Source: Azolla caroliniana
Taxonomy: Eukaryota; Plantae; Polypodiophyta
Assembly: GCA_043228905.1 (NCBI GenBank)
Contig: JBHGNT010000003.1
Coordinates: 15,004,001-15,068,000, forward strand
DNA: 64,000 nt
Reading direction: 5' to 3'
This document shows positions 1 through 10,140 of this stretch, piece by piece (within the stretch, counting starts at the first letter, position 1; every line of letters begins with the position of its first letter). The notes under the pieces were generated by a model. It worked only from the letters and a program-made list of their open reading frames with translations, was not told the DNA's origin and ran no database searches. The position numbers and the translations under genes are program-made.

Positions 1-31
1 AGATTAGCTCTAAAGCGTCGTGGAATACTCA

Positions 32-198
32 TTCAAATGGAAGATAATACTCATTGATTTATACAATGTCTGATTGCTTGTTAGATTTGGAGTTACATTT
101 CTCAAATTTGGCACCGTTCAAATGGAAGATAATACTCATTGATTTATACAATGTCTAATTGCTTGTCAGATTTGGAGTTACATTTCTCAAATTTGGCA
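32..198. repeat. Tandem duplication, 85-bp period, about 2 copies
   Basis: TTCAAATGGAAGATAATACTCATTG...CTCAAATTTGGCA occurs at 32-113 and again at 117-198 with about 2 substitutions. Confidence 0.9.
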
Positions 199-613
199 AG
201 TTTGATCACGGTGTTATTTGACACCGAGACAGTGGGTGTTTGCACAATTTACACAAGGTTGACCCAAAATCAGAGATGGATATCGTTTTTCTATTTCTAA
301 GATATTGGGGATTGCGCCATAATTGGAACATGTGCAACACTTCTATATTCGATGGTAGACATGGAGTGAAAGCATATATCTATGAAAGTTGAAGGGAGTA
401 CTAATGTGACAATTTTATTTAAAATGGAGCAAGTGGAAATTCTTTCCTCAGTGAAGTCTTGTTCGTCTTGCCTATTGACAATTAAACATGTTCCACTACC
501 CATGTAGTGTAGTGTAGTTAGTGGGTGACCATACTCCATTGTCACACCCAACCCATTGTAAGTAGTATTTTTCAGACACATTTATTAACATAATTGTGTG
601 TTTTCACCAAAAA

Positions 614-894
614 GAAGAGAGAGAGAGAGAGAGACACGCACACACACACACACAGAGATATTGAAGTGAGGGGAGAAAGCAAAGGTAAGGTTACTAGTAG
701 AAAGTTGGAAAGAAAGGAATGAGTGAGTGAATGAATGAATGAATGTGCATGTATGTAAATTGTAATGATGTATGAGTACATACATATATGTATGTATGTA
801 TGTATGTTACTAATAACTATGTATGTGTGCATGGGGATGGGGGTTGGTGTTGAGAGAGACAGACAGAAAGACCAGACAAGAGAGATTGAGATAT

Positions 895-929
<35 letters not shown>

Positions 930-1000
930 GAGTCTTAACACCCAGTAACATTTTTGGCATCTCTCTCTCTTCTTCTTCTTCTTCTTCTTCTTCTTCTTTT
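614..1000. repeat. Microsatellite cluster upstream of PDAT: (GA)n, (CA)n, (GAAT)n, (TATG)n, (CA)n, (TTC)n
   Basis: Simple repeats directly visible between 614 and about 1000. Confidence 0.9.
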
Positions 1001-1027
1001 GTTTCTTGCTTTCTTTTCATTGCCACC

Positions 1028-2466
1028 ATGAGCAGCTCCCCCAGAAGAAGTAGAAGAAGAAGAAGAAGAAGAAGAAAGAACGCTAAGGATAACTCTGATT
1101 CTTCTTCTTCTTCTTCTTCTTCAGAAGAGCTCATTAGAGACCAACTCCTCACAAATTCTTCTTCTTCATCATCATCATCTTTATTAGACCCTAATCTTCC
1201 GCAAAACCCCAGTCTTGCGTCTTCTTTAGATCCAAATCCTGTCTTAAACACTACTCTTAATTCCGGAAATGGAGAACTACATTGTTTTCAATCCTCTTTC
1301 TTCTCTTATTCTCCAAATGGAACACAAATGGCTGACGGGACGACGGAGAAGAATGAGAGGAAAAAGAGTCGTCATGAAAATGGGTTAACGGGAATCAACG
1401 ATCATGAATCGATATGCAGGACCCATCATCAGAATGGAGCATACATCGAAAATGAATCAGAGAAAAAGATTGATCAGGAAATCAATGATGCATCAAAGAA
1501 GAAGATTCATGATCCAAAGGCATTATCAGAAATTGGCGATGAATCCAGGAAGAAGAAAAAGATGATGATGAAGAAGAAGAAGCAGCAGAATCTCGTTTCT
1601 TCTTCTTGGGCACAATGCAAAAATCAGAATATTTTCTCTTCTCCTTCTCCGCCCATAGGGGTGAGTACACGAGCAGAGACTCAAAATCGTGTTTCTCTTC
1701 CTTTGTTGACAAGATCAGAGAATCAGAACCAAGCCTCTTCCTCTTCTTCTCCAAAGATGGCGAAACCAAAGAATCATAATCATGTCTCTTTGGCGTCTTC
1801 TCCTAAGAAGGTGGAAGAATCAGGGAATCTGAATCTTGTAACTTCATATTCTTCTCCCCAGAATGTAGGACCAGAGATTCAAAATCACTATTTCCCTTCA
1901 GAAATGAGGTCAGAGGATCAAAATCGTGTTTCATTGTCTTTTTCTCTGAAGAAGGCGAGATCCGAGGATCAAAATCTTGTCTCTTCCTCCTCCTTTTCTT
2001 CCAAATCTTCAGTAAAGAAGGCAAGACCAGAAGAAGAAGAAGTTCATGAGAACCATGCAAAAACCATAAATGGAGATGCATCGGCAATCACAAAAAACCA
2101 CAACCAAATACTGGGCCCATTTACCAGGGCGACAAAGACAGATTTGTCATTGAGACACCGGCGCGATATGGGCCGGTGGGGATGTATTGACACATGTTGT
2201 TGGGTGATCGGCTACATATGTTGCCTCTGGTGGATGCTCTTAGTCCTATACAAGGCTTTGCCTTCTCTTTCTGAGGCAATCTCAGGTCCTCTTCCAGACC
2301 CCCCGGGTCTTAAACTCAAGAAAGAAGGTATCCAAGCCAATCACCCGGTAGTCTTCATACCTGGTATTGTCACGGGGGGACTTGAGCTTTGGGAAGGTCA
2401 CCCTTGTGCTGATGGCCTCTTTCGTCAACGTCTCTGGGGCGGTTCTTTTGGTGATGTCTACAAGAG
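1028..2466 (+). CDS. PDAT1: PDAT exon 1 (low-complexity extension, TM helix, start of the lipase fold)
   Basis: Ends ...TAC AAG AG|GTTGGT; joins AG|G CCT TTC TGT TGG to give YKRPFCW. The exact start codon is less certain than the splice site. Confidence 0.85.
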
Positions 2467-3019
2467 GTTGGTTGGCTTACATTTAGTTATTCTGTGTTTT
2501 CATTACAATTTTGCGAGTTATTCTTTTTTCTCAAAAACAAGAAAGTATAAATTCATAGGAAGCAAAGAAACCACTATTGTATGGTATAATCTACATTGGC
2601 AGAGAGAAATATATTCTATGGTATCATCCATTGCATTGGAAGAGAAAAAACAATACCATGGTATAATTTATTGGAAGAAAAAGCTAAACTATTGTCTGGT
2701 AAAATATACCTTGGAAGGGAAAAGCGAAACTATTCTATCGTATAATCTATATTGTAAGAGAGAGAAATATTTTGTAGTAAGTCCTAGCCTATGGAGAGTT
2801 TTGGAAACAAAAACTGTCTACAGTGTAATGTATTAAAAGAAGAAAACTATCTATGGTATAAGTTCTATTGGTAGGTAAACTATTGAAGGTATAATGTATT
2901 AGGACTGTACTATAATCTGTTGATAAACTATCTAAGGTGAAAAGTATCAAGAAGTACAACTATCTGTTGTAAAGCCTTTCCTAAAGAGAAGCTATCTAAC
3001 TTATAATGTATTGAAAAAA

Positions 3020-3053
<34 letters not shown>

Positions 3054-6000
3054 GTCTGTCTGTCTATCTTTTAAATTATCTTAATCTATTGGAAGAAAAA
3101 TGAATTATGGTATAATGTACTTACACAGTTCATACCTAAAAGAATATCAAGGGATTTCTAGATATTAGCATGGGGAAAAAATTCTGAATGTTGAGTTCTA
3201 TTATTTATAGAAACCCAAAAACCATAAAATCCATGAATGATGCTTGGCTAATTTCATCTCAAAACCCCGTCAGATGCATATGAATTCTAATCTACAGTCG
3301 GAATTCCAATCTGGACTTTTCTTAACTTGTTTACCAAATCATCTCTTGTGAGGCATCCTTCTACATCTCTAACGACTACTTGTATTGGTGTTCCAGGCCT
3401 TTCTGTTGGATGGAACACATGGCATTGGACAATGTCACTGGATTGGATCCGCCAGGTGTTAGAGTGAGACCAGTTTCAGGACTGGTGGCAGCTGATTATT
3501 TTGCCTCATTTTACTTTGTATGGGCTATTCTTATTGAGAATCTGGCAAAGATTGGTTATGAGGAGAAAAACCTTCACATGGCAGCTTATGATTGGAGGCT
3601 ATCCTTTCAAAACACAGAGGTAGCTCATCCATCTGTTTCTTGTAAAGTTCGTAGTACGTTCTGAGTTGCTATATGCCAATGCCTATCTATTGTGATGTGT
3701 TTCCTGAGCAGCATTCATGTTTTGTGTGATTGTGGTGATTATTGATTGCAGTTACGTGACAAGACATTAAGTAGACTGAAGAGCACGATTGAACTTCTTG
3801 TGCAAACAAATGAAGGGAAGAAAGTGGTGGCGGTTCCTCATTCCATGGGTACTTTGTATTTTCTTCACTTCATGAAGTGGGTTGAAGCTCCTGTGCCAAT
3901 GGGTGGTGGTGGGGGCCCTGACTGGTGTGCCAAACACATCAAAGCAGTAATGAACATAGCTGGTCCTTTGCTTGGTGTCCCTAAAGCTGTTTCTGGCCTC
4001 TTTTCAGCTGAAGCTAAAGACATTGCAGTAGCCAGGTAAGAGGACTACAAAACCAGTGTTTTCCCTATGCTACATGTTGCTAGTTTGGTCTGCTTAGTTT
4101 GGGGTTGTTATTCTCGTTTGTTATTATTCTCAAATTGGGCAGTAGTTTTGAATGTCTTAAGATACTACCAGTTTGATCTACTTAATAGAGTCATCATGGG
4201 TTCAACTTTATTCGAGTTTGTCGCAATCAGTGCTCAAAGCAATATAAGGTTGCTTATGGCTTTTGAATGTTAATATTACTCTGTTCTAGGTTTATGAAGG
4301 CTTTCTAGACCTATGAAATCCTTAATGCTGCAGAGGTTAATAAACAAGATGTGTTAAAAGTAGAAAAAGTAAGGAGGATTTCATATAGGGTTCTGATTTT
4401 GGCCTTAGAATTGAAGTGCCAGCTTCCAACTAATCTATACGTTTTCAAATACATGCTAAATCTACACTCATTTGCTGTATCAACATGTGAAGTATGTGTA
4501 GTTGACCTTTACATGAGAATTGTAAGTCTTATTGTGTCATGTGTCATGCTATAGGTTCTATTTGGTATTTCATCTTTTATATGTCTATCCTTCTCTTCAG
4601 GGCACTCAATTTGTTCTTGTTGTTTCTCTTTTTGCATCATTATATAGGTTAAAGCTTCATTTATTGGATGTTGGTGTTTTAATGGCATAGTTATAATATG
4701 AAGGATGAGGAGAGTGATAGAAACTATTTTTCTTTCTGTCTTTGGATGATTGATCGGGTTTACTTTTTCTATTTGTCCCTTAGACAATTTAATAGTTCAA
4801 GATTTCGGACACAAGGTTGAGGATTTCTGTCTGATGGTTTTATTTATCGAAATTATGCTCGTCTTTCATATAGTTGTTAAGGAAGCCAGAATTATGAGTT
4901 AAGATGTCAGTGGTCCCCAACTGTATGTTAGATTAGAGATTCTAGAATATTATTTAGATTTCTGGCTGGTACGTAATCAGGGAGTCCTATTTTCTATGGT
5001 TGTCTTGAATGCCTAGGGGTTCATAAAGAATGCAATAGCTAAAACCTTGGAGTCATCAACTCTTCCATTTTTGTTTTTGTTCATGCAGTTATTTTGATTT
5101 CTCAGGACTTGTCGCTTTCCGTTTGTATGTTTGGGCCTTTATTTTGTCATTGCATTTTTTAACTAACAATTATCATGGCTGAGGTTTTGGCTAATTGCGT
5201 TGAGATAGACACTCTGTTCATCAAATCGGACATTTACTCTTGGGTACTGATGACATGAGTAGGATGGATGGTATAATTTTTGTACAGCCTAAGTTTTCAA
5301 TTTTGCAAATTTTGACCGTAGTTTTCTTAGCTTATATTGATGGAACCATATGTCAATATTGACTTTTGCTTCCTCTTTTGCTTTTACTCCTTTTTTCTGT
5401 TCATGTGTTCTCACTGCTACTTGTATCGTGTACATTGTAGAACATGTGTGGCAACAAATTAACACTATCTTCTGTTCTAGTAAAAACAACTATTCTGTTC
5501 TACCTTTGAACAGGGCAATAGCTCCTATGGTCTTGGATTCCGAGATGTTTAGTTTGCAAACACTCCAGCACATAATGCGAATGACACGATCGTGGGATTC
5601 AACAATGTCAATGATTCCCAAAGGTGGTGAAGTCATATGGGGAGGAACTGATTGGTCACCAGAAGAAGGCTTCCAATGCTCATCTAGAAAGAAAGAAAAA
5701 GATGAAGTTTCAAAAGAACTAGGTTCAGACGGAAAACCAATGGCACATTACGGAAGACTACTATCATTTGGGAAAGATACATCGGAGTCACCCTCATATG
5801 AGATGAACAGGAAGCATTTTAAGGAAGTTAAGGGGGGTCTCCCTTTAAGTGCAAATTTGTCTTGCGGTGGTGATGTGTGGACTGAGTATCATGAGCTAAG
5901 TTGGGATAGCATTCAAGCAGTGGCAGATCATAAGGTTTATACTGCAAATGACGTTTCAGAGTTGCTGAGATATGTGGCCCCAGCAATGATGCAACGTGGG

Positions 6001-7121
6001 GATGCGCAATTCTCACATGGACTTGCCGATGACCTTGATGATCCGAAATATCAACACTACAAGTACTGGTCCAATCCTTTAGAGACACGGTACTTACTAT
6101 TCTTCTTCCCTTTAAAATGGTTGCATGCATTGCTAAGGGTTGTCAAGGTGGATCATTGTACCTTCTACTCATTTTGCATGAATTGTTAAAAGGTTTCTAA
6201 GGAGGAGCACTATATGTAAACCTTTATCCACCCTTCAATCATTTTCTATGGGGTGCTGAAGGGAACAGTAAATGTCTTTTCATTATTCAAGCATGGATTG
6301 CCAAGGAAGATCACACCCTTTGCTACCCTTTAATCATTGCTTCAATTGTAAGTGTAGCACTCTTATGTGAAACCTCTATTTCACGTGTTTGAAGGCCTAG
6401 CTAGAAAATCCCTTCTAAAGTGTACACTTATGTTCATAAGATGTAAAAGAAGGGCCTACCTAGAAAACCCTTTTAAGGTGAACTCATGTTCTAGTGTATT
6501 GCTTATGTATGAGTGCCCCAAAAAGAATCTTTGGCTTGCGATTGTCTTTTGGTTAAACATGTGAAAATTCTCCATCGTTTGGTTTAACATTGTGAATATT
6601 GTTCTCAACAAAGTTACGACATTTTCCTATGTAGGTTACCTGATGCACCTGAGATGGAGATATATTGCATGTATGGTGTTGGGATCCTAACTGAACGATC
6701 ATATATCTACAAGGTATTCCCGCAACCCGAGAATTGTCGAATACCATTCCGCATCGATTCAACTGCCGAAGGGGATTCAGAAGGTTGTCTCAAGGGGGGG
6801 GTCCGTTTTGTTGATGGCGATGAGACGGTTCCTGCGCTTAGTGCTGGCTTTATGTGTGCGAAAGGTTGGGATGGTAAAACACGGTTCAATCCCTCTGGTG
6901 CTGCCACATTTGTGAGAGAATATAACCATTCGCCCCCGGCTAACTTGTTGGAGGGTAGGGGTACACAAAGTGGTGCCCATGTTGATATTATGGGAAACCT
7001 TGCTTTGATTGAAGATATTTTAAGGGTTGCAGCTGGAGCTTCAGGAGATGAGATAGGTGGGAATCAAATCCATTCAGATCTCTTAAAGTGGGTAGAACGA
7101 ATAGATTTGAAACTACAATAA
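1028..7121 (+). CDS. PDAT1: Phospholipid:diacylglycerol acyltransferase (LCAT-like family), 5 exons: 1028-2466, 3397-3619, 3752-4035, 5514-6089, 6635-7121; about 1002 aa
   Basis: Motifs: WGCIDTCCWVIGYICCLWWMLLVLY (TM helix), HPVVFIPGIVTGGLELWEG, LFRQRLWGG, AAYDWRLSFQNTE, catalytic Ser in PHSMG, KYWSNPLET, Asp in VDGDETVP, His in SGAHVDIMGN, C-terminal IDLKL. All four introns are GT-AG with consistent phases; exons sum to 3009 nt. ATG lies in a GCCACCATG context. Confidence 0.95.
2560..3120. repeat. Degenerate ~30-36 bp minisatellite plus (TATC)n in PDAT intron 1
   Basis: Recurring unit like AAACTATTCTATGGTATAATCTATTGGAAGAGA, more than 10 diverged copies; (CTAT)n(CTGT)n at about 3020-3068. 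Confidence 0.7.
3397..3619 (+). CDS. PDAT1: PDAT exon 2
   Basis: ttccag|G acceptor, GAG|gtagct donor; encodes PFCWMEHMALD...FQNTE. Confidence 0.93.
3752..4035 (+). CDS. PDAT1: PDAT exon 3 (catalytic Ser)
   Basis: ttgcag|TTA acceptor, AG|gtaag donor; encodes LRDKTLSRLKS...PHSMG...DIAVAR. Confidence 0.93.
5514..6089 (+). CDS. PDAT1: PDAT exon 4
   Basis: aacag|G acceptor, CG|gtactt donor; encodes AIAPMVLDS...WSNPLETR. Confidence 0.92.
6635..7121 (+). CDS. PDAT1: PDAT exon 5 (catalytic Asp and His, stop)
   Basis: gtag|G acceptor; encodes LPDAPEMEIY...IDLKLQ followed by TAA. Confidence 0.93.
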
Positions 7122-7664
7122 AGTCATAGCGAGATTAGTTTTGATGCATGTGTTTTCCATTTGAAATCACAATGATGTAAATCTACACAAACCACAGAAT
7201 TGGGATACGATTCAATGTATATGAGAAAATTAGCAAAATATACAAAATCCATGTATAATGAATGAGCACAAAGCAAATATAGTATATAGCTTGAATACAT
7301 AGATTCTAGAGTTTCTATTGTTATCAGTTTGATGATGTAAATTGATGCAAAACACAATCAATTAAATTAATCAATAAATATTTGTACTATAGCAAATTTA
7401 ATAGTAGATGTATTGGATTTAGTTGTTCCTCTCAATAATTACGATAATATAGATTGATGCAAATGCAATTAGTGATAAAGTATACCCAACATCAAATTTT
7501 GTTAGGAAGTCCCAGATTTACAGTTTATTTGGTTGATTCGAATGATTACTTGTTTGAGAAACACAACCTTTGTATATCATTTCATTCTCAGCTTGATGCA
7601 ATGAAAATATATGCTCTCTATTAAATTAGGAATACAAGAATTTATTTATGAATGTAACAATAAT

Positions 7665-8282
7665 AGATTGACAGATACGTGATATTCGTGATATTTGCCA
7701 TGTGTGATATTCGAGAATACAAAATGGCCCCAAGAATATCATAAAACCATTTGTTTTTCAAAATAAATTTACATAATAAAAATTATTTGATTCACTAAAA
7801 GATTAAATAATATACTAATAATAACTAATTCATTCGTTAATAATTAATTAATTCAATAATAATTAATTAGCTCACTAATAATTAATTAATTCACTAATAA
7901 TTAATTAATTAATTAATAATTAAATAATTAGGGTTCCATTCGAAATTAGGGTTTTTGCAAAACCTTGAATTTGCAAGCTGAGAATATTACTACATCCGTC
8001 GGGCAGAGGATGCAGAGGGAGGTGAGGATGTAAATAGAAAATATGGTCGAAATTAAGGTTTCGATTGAATTTAGGGTTTTCAGTTGAAGCCCTAATTTTC
8101 AAATCGAGAACAGGATATAGGGGAGGCGAGGATGAGGCATTGTCATGGACATGATATAGGGAGAGCCGAGGATGAAGTGAAAAAAAAAAGTTTTTTTTTC
8201 AAAAAATAAAAAAAACGAATACTTTTAGAAGCATTTGTATGCATTCGTGAGGCCTTCCCCACGAATGTGAATATGTCAATCT
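7665..8282. mobile_element. Possible degenerate MITE / non-autonomous DNA transposon
   Basis: Inverted termini AGATTGACA...ATTCGTG (7665) and CACGAAT...TGTCAATCT (8282); AT-rich TAATTAA array and internal direct repeats. No clear TSD. Confidence 0.35.
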
Positions 8283-8599
8283 CCGGTTACAATATTTCAT
8301 TGTAAGAAAGACATGTTATCTATACCAAACTCTAGATGGAACCCTTGACTTCAATCTTGAGAGACCTTCCCAATAAGCTAAGCTTGACCACTTTGATTAT
8401 TGATAAATTTATTTTTCTCAATGCTTGCATGCTTCAATTCATTCATCTTAAGTAGGTGTTTGAATAAGAATGCATGTGATGTGTGATTGCTATTTATATG
8501 TGATGCATGATAGCCATGAGCCATGCTGCTCATCTGAGTCACCATGTAATAACAATACTACATAAGGGTTTATTATATGGTTCAATCTTCTTTGAAAGC

Positions 8600-9002
8600 T
8601 TAAGAGCTATGGAAAACATTGTTGGACACGTATTAAAAGAAGGTGGCCGTCACAAAGATTTATCTGATTCGGCACCTATGAAATCTTCGGATGAAAGAAT
8701 CCAATTTGGTCAAAGCACATCTCAACGAGTACGAAAGCATAAATTCCCAAATTTCAGCACAAGGGATGACTATCAAAGACGAGCTGAAAGCTCTCTTATT
8801 GATGGGTAGTCTCCCCCCATCATGGGAAACTTTCGTAACGACTATGTGTATTGCGTCGGCTACGATCGTAAAGTACTCTGAGGTCACAAGCTCCATCTTG
8901 TCTGAAGATGCCCCGAGGAAATCATTCACACATGAATCGAAAAATGATGCTTTCATGGTGCAAAGTGTGACTGATCGACCAAACAATCGAAGAAGACGTT
9001 CT
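8600..9002 (+). pseudogene. Copia gag fragment (same family as elements B and C)
   Basis: MKESNLVKAHLNEYESINSQISAQG...LPPSWETFVTTMC aligns with the element C gag (MKESDSVQAHLNEYESISSQISSQG...LPSSWETFVTTVC); stops lie upstream. Confidence 0.85.
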
Positions 9003-9814
9003 TGTTGATGGGTGGGGGATGATGCCTAGAATGGCTTCACCCCCTTCCCAAGGGGGGTACGTGTGAGGGAAAGAGAGAGAGAGAGAGGCAAATAAGAAAT
9101 GACACCAAAATGAGAGGGGAAAAAGCTATATCCCATTATGCCCCATGGGTGGGGTTAAATCATATAGTAGAAGAGATAACCATTACAAATAAAGAATGAG
9201 ACAAGTAGGGAGTTACATTACTTACCCACTTTCTCACCGTTGTACATATGCACACAAATGTGCATGCGTTCATACACATACTCATCCTCATACACTCATT
9301 CATATTACACATACACATCAACCACATTGTCGTGTTCCACCCCTTATATTCTTACAGGTAACACATGTCATGCTTGTGGGACAATGCATTGCACGACGAA
9401 CCTGTTCACCATGAGAACTCTTCTCAACCGGAACTCCATCGGTCATCGCAACGGTCGGAAAATCCCTGGACTGGATCACTGTACTATGATTGGAGATTTT
9501 CTTGACTCGAACATTCTCGTTCGGTTAGCACAAGTCACGATTGGATCATACACCAATCGGCTAGTTCACTATGGCATGGGCCATGAAATTGTATTGTGCA
9601 TTTTTGTATTCTTTCTTTCATCATGTGAGTCGTGTTTTTGAAATTTCATGATTTGTACCCCTTGGTTTTAGAATTTTTCGTTTTTACCCTCATATTTTTG
9701 AAAATTTAATGGATACCCTTGAGCTTGTGAAATTCTCCTCTCTGTCCCTTGTCTCTTTCTTATTTCTTTTCTTCTTCGTACACTTTCTTCTTCGTCTTCT
9801 CTCTGGCTGACTTC

Positions 9815-10140
9815 GCCGCCGTCACTCGACCCTTCTCTCGGTTGCGTGTATGGGCCGGGCCGTACTCTCGGGCGCATGTCTCGGCTGTGCGTTTCGGCCG
9901 TATTCTCGGTCGCGCTCTCGGTCACTCTCTCGGTCGCATATCACGGCCGTGCTCCTCGGCCATATTCTCGTCCGTGCATCTCGGCCGTGGCTCTCGACCA
10001 CGTGTGTTGATCGTGCTCTCGGCCGCGCGTCTCGTTCGTACTCTTGACCACGCATCTCGGCCGCGCTCTCGATCGTACCTCTCGGCCGTCTCCGCCACCG
10101 TCACCAGATGTCTTTGTCCAGCCGGCAGTCGCTCGGCCAA
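9815..10140. repeat. GC-rich array of CTCGGCCG/CTCGGTCG motifs
   Basis: About 15-20 imperfect copies at irregular 10-25 bp spacing; probably TE-derived. Confidence 0.6.

Noticed and set aside
297-1251. Minus-strand ORFs (94, 116, 66 and 144 aa) upstream of or overlapping PDAT
   Set aside because: No recognisable domain; mostly translations of microsatellites.
2467-2836. Continuation of the 602-aa ORF past the PDAT exon-1 donor
   Set aside because: PDAT homology stops at YKR and resumes at 3397; the extra codons are intronic minisatellite.
9003-9365. Solo LTR
   Set aside because: TGTTG start and AACA-like end, but no TSD, partner LTR, PBS or PPT could be identified.
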